IMG/VR virus record: IMGVR_UViG_3300005253_000043
Location: 1-49,035 of that record
DNA from: a virus
Lineage: Duplodnaviria; Caudoviricetes
Strand: one strand, 5' to 3'
Length of the DNA: 49,035 nucleotides
The translations under genes were made by a program, and so were the position numbers. The notes beneath the pieces were generated by a model. It was not told the DNA's origin, searched no databases, and saw only the letters and a list, made by a program, of their open reading frames with translations. This document shows positions 9,736 to 20,700 of this stretch, one piece after another. Position 1 is the stretch's first letter. The number at the start of each line of letters is the position of its first letter.

Positions 9736-10197
9736 TTGAAAAGATGTACTAAATGCAAGAAAAAATACCCACGAACCTTGAAGTATTTTCCTCCAGCCGA
9801 AGATATGGTTGATGGAATGTCGTCTTGGTGTAGAGAGTGCGCGAGAGAGTGTAGTAGGATTTTAATGGCAAAATACCATAAAACACAAAAAGGACGAACC
9901 GTTGTGGCAAAAGCAAAGCGAAAATATAAAAAGACCCAAAAAGGTAAGGATAAGACCGTAAGCGATAATATGAAGTGGCGTTATGGTATCACCCTTGCTG
10001 AATACGACGAAATGTTTGAGACACAAGATGGTGTATGTGCGATTTGTGAACTACCATCAATAAATTGCCGCCTCTCTGTTGACCATGACCATAAGACTGG
10101 AAAAGTCAGGGGATTATTGTGCCACCCGTGTAATATGAGTTTAGGGGTATATGAGAAAAGGAAAGATAAATTTGAAGATTATTTGAGGGGCATTTAG
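9736..10197 (+). CDS. Endonuclease VII-family (HNH) homing endonuclease
   Basis: RYGITLAEY...CAIC...LSVDHDHKTGKVRGLLCHPCN. Confidence 0.9.
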   Translation: MKRCTKCKKKYPRTLKYFPPAEDMVDGMSSWCRECARECSRILMAKYHKTQKGRTVVAKAKRKYKKTQKGKDKTVSDNMKWRYGITLAEYDEMFETQDGVCAICELPSINCRLSVDHDHKTGKVRGLLCHPCNMSLGVYEKRKDKFEDYLRGI

Positions 10198-10198
10198 A

Positions 10199-10783
10199 AT
10201 GAAACTTAGATTTCTACCACCTCAAGTATCAGAAGCTTCGGAAGTTCTGCATCTGAAACTATGGGAAGGGACTATCTTTGATTATTCGTTAAGCGGGTTT
10301 GCCGGTACTTTGTCCGGTGGAACTGGCACACCAACGTCTGTCTCGCCTGCGTTTGATTTTATTGCCGCTAACACTCAGTATATAGACATTGGCACAGGAC
10401 CATCTATTGTAAAAACTATATCGCTGTGGATAAACCAAAATGACGTAGCTGGGAACGAATACCCGATAGATTTGAACGGAACTGATTACCTGTCTGTCGA
10501 ATCCGGTGTCGTAACGGTCAATGGTCTTGCAGGGCATATTTTATATGTAGACGGTGTAGCCGGAACAAGTGGGGTAACAACGATTGATGCAACATATCAT
10601 CTTATAACAATAACAGATACTACAGAGAATGACGCAACCGATCTTGATATAGGACGCGCTGACATAGGTCCGGCAGTTTACTATGACGGTTTAATCAGTG
10701 ATGTCAGATTGTATAGTGTTGTCAGGACCGCTGCACAGATAAAAGATTTTTATAACCAGACAAGGTGGCGTTATGGCGCCTAA
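10199..10783 (+). CDS. LamG/concanavalin-like domain protein
   Basis: TISLWI...LYVDG...DIGR...YDGLISDVRLYS. Confidence 0.75.
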   Translation: MKLRFLPPQVSEASEVLHLKLWEGTIFDYSLSGFAGTLSGGTGTPTSVSPAFDFIAANTQYIDIGTGPSIVKTISLWINQNDVAGNEYPIDLNGTDYLSVESGVVTVNGLAGHILYVDGVAGTSGVTTIDATYHLITITDTTENDATDLDIGRADIGPAVYYDGLISDVRLYSVVRTAAQIKDFYNQTRWRYGA

Positions 10784-11354
10784 TATACTTGGTACAATAT
10801 CGCATAAGATAAACGTCGCGCGTCTTGAGGCGAACGAAGATGCTTCGCCCTTAGACCTGACTACGGCGGGAGATTTTGCGAGTAAACCTCCCGGTGTGCT
10901 TGACCTGTTTGAAAGAAGTGTATTTACGACCGACAAACAGGTAACTCCGGTCAAGGCTGAATTAGTGCCGAATGGTATCGAGTTCTATTTTTCAGGCGGC
11001 AATGCGGCGGCAAAGACGTTTACATGGAAACTATACGCATGGCGTAATGAAAACGGGCCAGCCAAATATGCCGCTACGGGAACGGGCGAGTTAGGTACTC
11101 AGGCATTAGTTAAATATCCACATGATCCTGAAGCCGTGGCAACGAATAAGTTCTGGGCCGATAAAATAGTGATAACATGGCACAACTGGCCGAAAGAAAT
11201 AGAAACCACGGACGAAGACGGAAACAGCAATAGTGTAGGTAGTTTGTGGATGGATGATGCGGGATACAGGTATTGGTGGATTGAGATTGCCGATGCGGAC
11301 GGTTCGACGGGAACCGAAGCAGGAGATGTAGCAGTCTGGTGGTCTTACTGGTGA
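10773..11354 (+). CDS. Hypothetical virion-associated protein
   Basis: Long ORF packed into the tail module. Confidence 0.55.
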   Translation: MAPNILGTISHKINVARLEANEDASPLDLTTAGDFASKPPGVLDLFERSVFTTDKQVTPVKAELVPNGIEFYFSGGNAAAKTFTWKLYAWRNENGPAKYAATGTGELGTQALVKYPHDPEAVATNKFWADKIVITWHNWPKEIETTDEDGNSNSVGSLWMDDAGYRYWWIEIADADGSTGTEAGDVAVWWSYW

Positions 11355-11358
11355 CTTT

Positions 11359-14300
11359 ATGAAAACGAAAAAGAAATGTATAATAATCATATTGTGGTTA
11401 CTTGCACTGACAGGCGTATTACTTGCGGTTAAAACATTTAAGATAATCCAGACTTTCAACGCAGGTGAATTAAGTCCACTTATGGATGCTCGCATGGACC
11501 AAGCTAAGTATGTCGCCGGGTGCAGGACGCTTGAAAACTTCATCCCCTTGATTTACGGCGGTGCGCAGCGCAGACCCGGCACGGAGTTTATAGCAACGTG
11601 TAAAGCCAGCGATGTTGCATCGAGACTTATGGGGTTTGAACACTCTGTAGATGATACATATATGCTGGAGTTTGCTAATCAGGTCATAAGGGTGTTCAAA
11701 GACGGCGCGCGCGTATTTGCAGTGTTTGGTACTGAGGATTTGAGTTCTCTTTCGGGCAATATCACAGCGCATTGGAAGATGAATGACAATGCAAGTACTT
11801 CTGTAGTAATAGATGCAGATGGCGCAACTCACGATGGTGCATTATACGATGGTGCAGATGCTACGGGCGGCGCAAATCAGGAAACCGCAGATGTTACTGA
11901 TACGGACGGTGTAGACGGCACGAACCGTTCATTTGATATGAGCCAGCTTGATACTTCGCCGGGTATGGTCAGTGTTACTGATAGTTCGGACTTCTCGTTC
12001 GATGACAGTTCAAGTGAGACATTTACTTTACACGCCTGGGTCAAGTTCACATCTACAGGAGTGCGTCAGGATATAATCACGAAATGGGCTACGGCGAATC
12101 AGGAATGGGAATTATATATAGATGACGACGATAAGATAGTATGCACGCTATACGACGATAGTGCTGAGGTATCTTGTAACATCACATCATCAAATGCGCT
12201 TACTGAGGGATTATGGCAGTTCATTGTTGTTACATATAATGGTGCAGGCGGTACGGATGCTGCGAACGGCATGAATCTTTATGTTAATTGGGTGCTTGCC
12301 GACGCTGCTGTTACTAACAGCGCAAGCTATGTTGCGATGGAGGACAAAGGCGCTGCCGTGTTAATCGGCGGCAGGAACGGAACTGCACAACAGGTTCAAG
12401 TTCCACAGGCATATAGACAGGGCGTGGATAACGCCGCACCTCTTATTGGTGATATGACCGCTAATGGAAAACTTATGGCCTCTTTTGATGGAGATAACGA
12501 TGAAAATAGTGCCGATTGTTCATCATTAGCATCTACGGCAGTAGGGCATGTAGGCAAGGACTGGGGAGTTGGAAACGACAAAGTCATAAGCGGGTTTCAG
12601 GTATGGGGCGGTGCTGATAACGGATTTGCAAATACAAACCCGGATATAACGGTAACATTGCAGGGTTCTCCAAACAATTCTACATGGACTGGTTTAGGCA
12701 GCGTCGGCCCGACAACGGACACAGGCGGAAGTAATCCCGGCCCTAAAATGGAAAAACTAAGCGGCTTGTCCACAACAGCCTATCGGTATCACAGATTAAA
12801 AATAGCGTCGTCCGCAGGCGGTGTGAACCTTTTTTGTGCCGAAATAATCTTTTACGAAAAGGGTGGTGCATCGTTCGAGAATCAGTTAGACAACGTGGCA
12901 GTTTTCGATAAAGAACTCACATCGTCTGAGGTCGCTGCCTTAGTAAGCACAGACACTACAAGTCCCTTGGAAATCACCACTCCATACCTTACGGCCGATT
13001 TGTTTGAGCTTAAATTTGAACAGTCGGCAGATATAATGTTTATGACACATCCCAGTTATGAGATAAGAAAGTTATCGAGGCTGTCCGATACGTCATGGGT
13101 GCTTTCTGTTTTGGCATTAGAAACCGGCCCGTTCCGTGACCAAAATACAGATACTACCAAAACTATTACTGCTTCGGCTACAACGGGAACTTCCATAACC
13201 CTTACCGCAGTAGGACATGCGCCTTTTGTTGACGGGACGACAGCAGGCCATGAACCAAGCGGTTCTTCGGCAACAAGCAAGGTGCAAACAGGCGCATTAT
13301 TTAAGTTGATACAGGCCGCTGGCACTTCCAATGTCGGCGAAGACCTTAATTCTACCACACAAGATGCTGTTACGACAACGCTTGAAGTGCCAAAGGGCGT
13401 GACATGGGACTTCACTACCAATGGTACATGGGGTTCTTCGGGTACATCAACTATCGTTTTAGAACGAAGTTATGATTCCGGTACGACTTATGAAACAGTG
13501 GTTAATGTAACATCCAAAGGGAATAAAAATGTTGCTACATCGGGCACGGAAGATATAGCCGATGCGATTTACAGGGCAAGGGTCTCTGATGGCACGGGTA
13601 CTGGAACGGCTGAGATTCAGTTTTCAATTCGTGATACATCCCATATTGGGATTGTCAAAATCACCGCCGTTGCAAGCACAACTTCCGCTACGGCAGAGGT
13701 CTTGACCACATTGGCTTCGACTGACCCAACTCATAGATGGTCTGAGGGGTCGTTTTCTAATTACAGGGGATGGCCGATAGATGTCAAAATATCGTCTGAG
13801 GAAAGACTTACTTTCGCAGGCAATATCGCAGAACCGCTTTCTACATGGGGGTCTGCCGTAGACGACTGGACATCGTTCAGAGAAGGCACGTTAGATGATG
13901 ATGCGATCTCTTTTACTTTAATAGGTTCAGGTCAGCAAAACAGGATAAGATGGCTTGTATCCAAAGACTCCTTATTCTTGGGTACGGTTGGCGGAGAGCA
14001 CCTTTTAGGTGCGTCTAAGGTCGATGAAGCACTTACTCCCACCAATGCAAGGGCACGGCTTCAGACTACCTACGGGTCTGAGGACATCGCTGCTTTAATA
14101 GTGAACCAAGCCATACTCTTTGTCCAGCGTGGTGGTAAGAAGATAAGAGAGTTTTTGTATAACTTCGATGCCGATGCGCACAAGGCAGATGACTTGACGG
14201 TATTTTCCGAGCACATTACGGGAGACGGAATTGTCAATATGGCGTATCAGAGAACGCCCGACCCGACTTTATGGTGCATACGTACCGATGGCGAAATAGC

Positions 14301-14991
14301 GATAATGACCTATGAGCGCGACCAGAAAGTATTTAGCTGGTCGAGGATAGTTACGAGGAGTGGGGACGAGTTTGAGTCTATAGCCATTATATTCGGTGGT
14401 ACAAGAAGCGAAGACGAGGTATGGGTAACGGTCAAACGAAGTGTGAACTCCGCTACAGTTCGGTATGTTGAAAGGTTTTTTGAGAGAGCAATGCCGTCAT
14501 CCGTATCGGATATGAAATTCTTAGACTCTTATATCACCGATACCGGCGGGGACACCACTATTACGGGATTAAGCCACTTAGAAGGTGAAACCGTTCAGGT
14601 ATTAGGCGATGGATTGGTACAGGCAACAAAGACAGTTTCTTCGAGTCAGATAACCGCTGCCACGACCGCCGCTAAATATCAGGTTGGATTAGGATATACT
14701 TCGACCTTGAAACCGATGAAATTAGACATAGGCGGTGTAGGTCTTGCTACGACAAAACGGATAAATAAAGCGATAGTGAACGTATTCGAGACTATAGGCG
14801 GCGAGGTAGGTCCGTCTACGAGCGATCTTGAAAGTATTCCCACCGGGACGGGAGCATTATTTACAGGGCATAAGGAAATATCCATGCCCGGCGGCTATTC
14901 GAGAGAAGGTGATATTATAATCAGGCAGACAGACCCCTTGCCGTTGACGGCTTTATCCTTGACGCTGGAAGTAGGTATTGGTCGTGATTGA
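11359..14991 (+). CDS. Tail tubular protein B / nozzle (T7 gp12, P22 gp10-like) with signal peptide and inserted lectin-like domains
   Basis: IQTFNAGELSP, GGAQRRPGT, FEQSADIMF, GLSHLEGETVQV, PLPLT motifs. Confidence 0.88.
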   Translation: MKTKKKCIIIILWLLALTGVLLAVKTFKIIQTFNAGELSPLMDARMDQAKYVAGCRTLENFIPLIYGGAQRRPGTEFIATCKASDVASRLMGFEHSVDDTYMLEFANQVIRVFKDGARVFAVFGTEDLSSLSGNITAHWKMNDNASTSVVIDADGATHDGALYDGADATGGANQETADVTDTDGVDGTNRSFDMSQLDTSPGMVSVTDSSDFSFDDSSSETFTLHAWVKFTSTGVRQDIITKWATANQEWELYIDDDDKIVCTLYDDSAEVSCNITSSNALTEGLWQFIVVTYNGAGGTDAANGMNLYVNWVLADAAVTNSASYVAMEDKGAAVLIGGRNGTAQQVQVPQAYRQGVDNAAPLIGDMTANGKLMASFDGDNDENSADCSSLASTAVGHVGKDWGVGNDKVISGFQVWGGADNGFANTNPDITVTLQGSPNNSTWTGLGSVGPTTDTGGSNPGPKMEKLSGLSTTAYRYHRLKIASSAGGVNLFCAEIIFYEKGGASFENQLDNVAVFDKELTSSEVAALVSTDTTSPLEITTPYLTADLFELKFEQSADIMFMTHPSYEIRKLSRLSDTSWVLSVLALETGPFRDQNTDTTKTITASATTGTSITLTAVGHAPFVDGTTAGHEPSGSSATSKVQTGALFKLIQAAGTSNVGEDLNSTTQDAVTTTLEVPKGVTWDFTTNGTWGSSGTSTIVLERSYDSGTTYETVVNVTSKGNKNVATSGTEDIADAIYRARVSDGTGTGTAEIQFSIRDTSHIGIVKITAVASTTSATAEVLTTLASTDPTHRWSEGSFSNYRGWPIDVKISSEERLTFAGNIAEPLSTWGSAVDDWTSFREGTLDDDAISFTLIGSGQQNRIRWLVSKDSLFLGTVGGEHLLGASKVDEALTPTNARARLQTTYGSEDIAALIVNQAILFVQRGGKKIREFLYNFDADAHKADDLTVFSEHITGDGIVNMAYQRTPDPTLWCIRTDGEIAIMTYERDQKVFSWSRIVTRSGDEFESIAIIFGGTRSEDEVWVTVKRSVNSATVRYVERFFERAMPSSVSDMKFLDSYITDTGGDTTITGLSHLEGETVQVLGDGLVQATKTVSSSQITAATTAAKYQVGLGYTSTLKPMKLDIGGVGLATTKRINKAIVNVFETIGGEVGPSTSDLESIPTGTGALFTGHKEISMPGGYSREGDIIIRQTDPLPLTALSLTLEVGIGRD

Positions 14992-15448
14992 ACTAATCCC
15001 ATATAAGGCCGAACACGCGATTGAGGTTATAGCAAATAGAGCGCAACAGCCGGGACTAAAGATAACTGGCCTTATAGAACAATGGGCGAAACATAAAGAG
15101 TCTGTAATATCTAAGACAGTGATTTTGGGTAACAAAATAATCGGTTGCGGGGGTATTGAGATATGCTGGCCGGGTATGGCTGAAGCGTGGGCGGTATCTG
15201 TTTACAATCTCAGTGATTATCTCGTTAATCCGAGGAAAGTAAAACATCAATTACACGCTTGGATTAAAGAACATAATTTAATAAGAGTACAAGCGCCGAT
15301 GAGGACTGATTTTCCAGTAGGGATTAGGTTTGCGGAATTTTTAGGATTTAAACCTGATGGATGGCCGGAAGTTCCAAAAGGTGTATTAATGGAGAACTAC
15401 CATCCAGACGGAGTATCCGCAATAATGTATTCGATTATAGGAGTTTAA
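14978..15448 (+). CDS. GNAT-like protein (T7 gp13 position)
   Basis: IIGCGG..W.G.AEAW and RFAEFLGF motifs; synteny. Confidence 0.7.
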   Translation: MVVIELIPYKAEHAIEVIANRAQQPGLKITGLIEQWAKHKESVISKTVILGNKIIGCGGIEICWPGMAEAWAVSVYNLSDYLVNPRKVKHQLHAWIKEHNLIRVQAPMRTDFPVGIRFAEFLGFKPDGWPEVPKGVLMENYHPDGVSAIMYSIIGV

Positions 15449-15449
15449 T

Positions 15450-16058
15450 ATGCCTTTTACAGCAGCAGCAGTTGGAACAGCGGGTCTTCCTGCTGTGGCC
15501 GGCATTGCTGGCGGTGCGGGATTGCCAGCAGTTGCTGCGACTTCCGGGTTAATAGGTACGGGAGGCTTAATAACTACAACAGGTATTTTGACAGGAGTGG
15601 GTACTGCTATATCTGTTATTGGCGCAATCCAACGGGGACGTGCTCTTGAAACCCAAACTGAATCACAACAAGCCCTACTTAACCGCAACGCTGAAATTGC
15701 CCGCAGGCAAGGCGAGTCCGAACAACAGGCCGCTAACGAGGCTGCGCTTGAACTGCAAAGACGGGGAAGAAGGGCAATATCAAAGCGGGCGGTGGGTGCG
15801 GCAAAAGGCGGTTTTCTTGCCAAGGGTAGTGTTTTAACCGTAGCCGAGAAAGAGGTTTTTATAATAGAACACGACATCCTTCAACTCCGCAAGGAAGGTC
15901 GAATCTCAAAGGCGTTCAGGGAATCAGAGGCCGTAGGGCTGGAACTCAGAGGGGAGGCTGCGATATTAAGAGGATTAGCTGCAAAGAGAGCATCCCGTTT
16001 TCGAGCCGCTGGCGGAATATTAACAGGTGTAGGCACGGCGGCAGGACTTAGTGCTTAA
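15450..16058 (+). CDS. Internal virion/ejection protein (gp14-like)
   Basis: Gly/Ala hydrophobic N-terminus and helical Q/R/A core; synteny. Confidence 0.7.
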   Translation: MPFTAAAVGTAGLPAVAGIAGGAGLPAVAATSGLIGTGGLITTTGILTGVGTAISVIGAIQRGRALETQTESQQALLNRNAEIARRQGESEQQAANEAALELQRRGRRAISKRAVGAAKGGFLAKGSVLTVAEKEVFIIEHDILQLRKEGRISKAFRESEAVGLELRGEAAILRGLAAKRASRFRAAGGILTGVGTAAGLSA

Positions 16059-16070
16059 AGGAGAATTATT

Positions 16071-17732
16071 ATTGCTGACATCCCGACAAGAAGAGTGTTA
16101 CCATCCGGCAGGTCTGATGCGGCGCGTTTCTCGCTTGATATAGCGAGGACGGGCGGAGAGCAGGTCGGCGCCGGACTTGGTGCGCTTGGTGCGGGAGTGA
16201 GTGATTTAAGCGTATCGCTTGCGAGGACAGAACGTGTAAAACAGGCAGCAAGGGATGATGCGGCTTTTGCGGATGCTATTGCGGCGGAGAACAAATTAGT
16301 ATTCGACGAAATCAATAAAATAAGAAGTACGGTCTACGGCTCGACTGATGAGATAAACACCGACAGGGAACGATTAGGCGATTTGATTTCCGGACATAGG
16401 GATTTAAGACTTGAGGGAATGAGTACAAGGGCAGGAGCGGCTTTTTCAAATAGTTCCAAGAAATCACAGGTTGCGCGTCAGGCACAAATCGAAAATGCTT
16501 TATATAGAAAAGAAATAGATGTCGGCAGGCAGAGCGCGTCTCTTACTATCGGGCAGGCGTATGAGATTATTTTTTCGGATGCCACTTCAGACGCTCAAAA
16601 AAGAGATGCCTTTGAATCAATAGAAACTACACGAGGAGGGTACGCCGAGTATTTCAAATCAGGAGAACTTGAATTATTAGAAGAAGGAATGAAAATCAGT
16701 GCCTATATCAACGTAGGTAAATTCGACAAAGCGCGTGAATTAGCCGCAAAGACAAAGGCGTTAGGGCCGGTTGAAAGAGGAGCAACGCTTCAAAATATAG
16801 ACAGTGCAGAAGCAAGGGCAAGGAATAAGGCCAAAACTACCAGTCAGTTTATACAGAACGCTGCTTCTGACGAAATGATAGAAAAACTAATAGAAGACCC
16901 TGACTTTGTCGGACAAGAGCAATTCGATGCACTTCCCTTTAATGAGGATAACCAAAAACTATGGTCAAAAGTCCTTAATGATAGAACAGTTGCATTGAAG
17001 TCAGGCGAACTCGACCCGTTCTTGATAAGTGATAGTATAGTAAACAGGGCTATTTCTACGCAGTTAGAGCAAGATGTTAAAAACTTACCTGCATCAGAAG
17101 ATATTATACGACTCATCGGAAAAGGGCTTACGCCAAAAGAGGCGCAAGAGTACATAGAAACCGCGAATCGTCGTAGAGACAAGGATGATGTACTTAATGT
17201 TTCGGCAACAAAAGACATATTTGCTTATTACCAAGATTTATTTGAACTAAAAGCATTTGCCAACTTAACAGAAAAACAAATAAAAATACGGAAAAAAGGT
17301 GGCATTCCAGTTCTCACACAGGAACAACTCGAAGACAATGCTACGGACTTGCTCGAAGTTAAACGTGACTTTACAAATTACTTAAAGACAAACGAGGCAG
17401 ATATTAAATCCGGCAAGATTACTGCGGGCGACATTGAAGTCAAGGGGCGCGAGATTGCCGCAGGTCCAGGTGGAGCGCAAGAAAAAGCTGTATTTGGTTT
17501 TTGGGAGACATTTGGCACATTAACAACATTTTCTCCATTAATTTTCTTATTAAAGAAGAGTAAGGCCGAGAAAGAATTCGCCGAGATAAAACAAGCCGCA
17601 GTAGATAAGTTGTTACAAGTATCTCCCCGTAGCAAAAATCAATTCTTTGAGATAGTAGGCAAGTTGAAGGGCCTTGACACAAACAAGGCGGACGAGTACC
17701 TGCAAAAACACAGAGGGAAGTTTAATCTTTAA
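16071..17732 (+). CDS. Internal virion/ejection protein (gp15-like), probable ATT start
   Basis: AAGGAG RBS placed for an in-frame ATT at 16071; helical; synteny. Confidence 0.65.
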   Translation: MADIPTRRVLPSGRSDAARFSLDIARTGGEQVGAGLGALGAGVSDLSVSLARTERVKQAARDDAAFADAIAAENKLVFDEINKIRSTVYGSTDEINTDRERLGDLISGHRDLRLEGMSTRAGAAFSNSSKKSQVARQAQIENALYRKEIDVGRQSASLTIGQAYEIIFSDATSDAQKRDAFESIETTRGGYAEYFKSGELELLEEGMKISAYINVGKFDKARELAAKTKALGPVERGATLQNIDSAEARARNKAKTTSQFIQNAASDEMIEKLIEDPDFVGQEQFDALPFNEDNQKLWSKVLNDRTVALKSGELDPFLISDSIVNRAISTQLEQDVKNLPASEDIIRLIGKGLTPKEAQEYIETANRRRDKDDVLNVSATKDIFAYYQDLFELKAFANLTEKQIKIRKKGGIPVLTQEQLEDNATDLLEVKRDFTNYLKTNEADIKSGKITAGDIEVKGREIAAGPGGAQEKAVFGFWETFGTLTTFSPLIFLLKKSKAEKEFAEIKQAAVDKLLQVSPRSKNQFFEIVGKLKGLDTNKADEYLQKHRGKFNL

Positions 17733-20700
17733 TGGCTAAAACACTTACATTGGAAGATATTCAGACTGTGCCTCTGGGCAGTGGGGGGATTACATTAAAC
17801 GAAATCCCAGTACGCGACCTTGGTGGAAATATTATAGCCGATGGGGTTAATGCGTCCTTGCCACCTGACACATATAAAGCACTCAAACAACACGAAGACC
17901 CCATAGAATTGCTCCCGGCTGATCTACAAGAAGTAGGTCGAAGGGTAATGGATTTACAATTAGACCCGGCTAATATGGCTGTTCGTGTTAAAAATTCTTT
18001 ATACTTTTCCGAAAAGTTTGGCATTAGTATGACGCAGGCGGATATATTTTCTGGGGAAATTGCTAAACAGAAATGGGACATACCTAATATGTCCCCCGAA
18101 CAAATATTTGCTAAGATTCAGGAGACGGAAGATACCTTACTTAAGAACCAAGTAGGAGAGTCGTTTGATTTAGCTCCGTTTAGTACATTTGGCAAGGCGT
18201 TCAAACAAAGTCTTGCGGGTAAACCCGCTGCTGCTGTACGGGGGGTTACAGTATTCACGGGTGAAGCGGGGGAAGGGCCGATTGTTCTTGGTGTGGATAT
18301 TGACAAGATGCTTAATAAAGCGAGTGATTTTTTTGAAAATCTACGCGACCAAGAAGATAGGCGCGAGATAGATATTAAAATTGCTGGTAAACTATGGCCG
18401 GTGAACGAGGGGGAACCTTGGTGGAAACTCAGCACAAAACAAATTCCCGAAGCCATCAATGCTTGGGCGGCCAACATCAGTGACCAGATACCTCTTATGT
18501 TACTTACACTTGCAGGCAGGGCCACCGGTGGTATCATAGCAACACCAGCAGCAGCCAAACTTTCCGCTGCCGTCGCACTTGTGACTGGAGGTCCCGACCC
18601 GACTGATGTGGTTACTGTTCCTGTTGTAGCGGCAGCAACCATAGCGCTGGGTAAGCATCTTGGTGGCATGGCTCCGATGGTTTCTATAGAAGCTGCGGGG
18701 TTTATGGACTATGCCAACGAACTTGGACTGGATAAGGATATAGCAGAAAAGTATGCAAGATGGTACGGTCCTATCTCCGGTTTGATAGAATACTCACAGC
18801 AGATATTCAGGCTCAAGGCTTTTTCAGGGCTTGCCGAAAAAGCCCAACAGCAATTATTATTTGAAATCATTAAGAAGGTTGGCGGGTTAAGTATTATAGA
18901 GGGACTTGAAGAACTGTCTCAAGAGTCTTTACAGAACCATTTGATTGGTAAGGCTATAGATGAACAAAAACTCCGTAATCCAGAATTTGCGACCAAGAAG
19001 CCGCGTCTATTTGAAGGAGGTGGTAGGGCTTTTGCTATTGGCACAGGAGTCTCTTTGTTCACTCAAGGGTCAGGTCGTGCTACAAGGCGTTCAATTTCGT
19101 TCGTAAGTGATGCAGTACAAGCTAAAACAGACAAGACAACAATAGAACTTGCCGAAAGTCCAGCCAGAGAATTGATTAGAATAGAGATTGAAAAGAATGT
19201 TATTGAGGCAGAGAAAACAGAAACCGCTAAGGGTGTATCTGAGGACATCGAAACTAAGATACAAGAGGTCGCTCCTGTAACAGAACAAGTTCCGGTAGAA
19301 TTAACCGAACAGGAAGCGGCGGATAAACTTGGCACAACTCTTGAGCAGATAAGGTTTAATAATGAGTTAAGAGACAGGCTTAATAAAAATAAGATAATTA
19401 TAACAGATGATATTCGCGCCGAATTTAAGGCCGAGTCCAAGAAGGGTCCGGGTCTAACCAAAGCCGAGCAAGCGATTCTAACTCCCGAACAACAGCGACA
19501 GGCCAGATTTGCACAAACAGAGGGCGAAAAAGTTGGTTTTAAACAAGCCGAAAAAGAATCAAGGGAACAGGCAAGACGTGAAGTTTCTAAGATACAGGCA
19601 GCTAAAAAGCTTACTGCCCAATTACAGAAAACAGCCAAGGCGTTAATAGACGCCTTTGTTGTCGATAAAGACACGAAGAACCTACTGAAAGCAAAATTAA
19701 AGAGCGATGTCAAAACCGCCGAAGACCTCAAGCCTTTTATGGATTCTGTCACAGAAGGGATAGAAGAAGCAGAGCGAAAGGGTAAGGTTAAGGATATTAT
19801 CAAGGCCACAAAAAGGATTAAGCCTGATAAGATGCGTAAACCGTTTGGCAATGCAGCGAGAAAGTTGCTCGACAGTTTCAAAGTAGGTAAAAAAAGAGTC
19901 GAGACTCAGATAAAGATTAGTGACCTTTTAGATTATGCCCGACAAGTCATAGATACGGTTGCTCCTGATAGCATAGCTGCTGTAGAGGCACAGGATATGA
20001 TAGACCGGCTCCAAAACGAGCGCGCAAAAACCATTGGGATACGGGACTTAGATTCTCAGTCTCTACAACAAATACTCGATACTTTAACGTCCCTCGAAAC
20101 AATGGACGCACAGGAAAGTTCTATTATCACAGAAGAACAGGCTAAGGAGGTCGAGTCTCGTAGAGAGACGTTAAAAACAGATGCCAGGGCTAATTCCCGG
20201 CCAATCAATGAGAACGAAACTATAGGCCAAAAAATCGGCAGAAGTGTTAAGAATTTCATAGCAAACGGTCATGGCAATTTAGAGTCAGTGTCCGATAACA
20301 TCAGCGGTGGTATTGCAGGTACAATCGACCTATGGCTTAAGTCCAAGAAAAATCTTACTGCGTTTGTTTACGATGTTATAAACAAAGGTGTAGACGAGCA
20401 GACTAAATATGCCCGAAAAGTACGGAATGTTTATCGCGCAGTGCTTAAGAAACATGGTGTAACTAAAGAGACTGTCAAGAAATGGTTTGAAGATAGCCAC
20501 GTATTTGAAATGAAGGATGGTAAGGGTAATAAAAAATCTTTCTCCTTTACAACAAACGAACTTATGTCCATCTTTATGCACACACGTAACCAACACAACC
20601 TTGACGTATTGCGCGAGAACGGGATGAATCGGTTTTTGCCAGGCAAGCGAACTGTGGAGATACGCGGGTTTACAAACGAGTTGCTTGACAGAATGACAGA

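Noticed and set aside
19063-19881. Long minus-strand ORFs (also 18118-18669, 42559-43104 and others)
   Set aside because: Antisense shadows of well-supported plus-strand genes, without RBS or recognisable motifs
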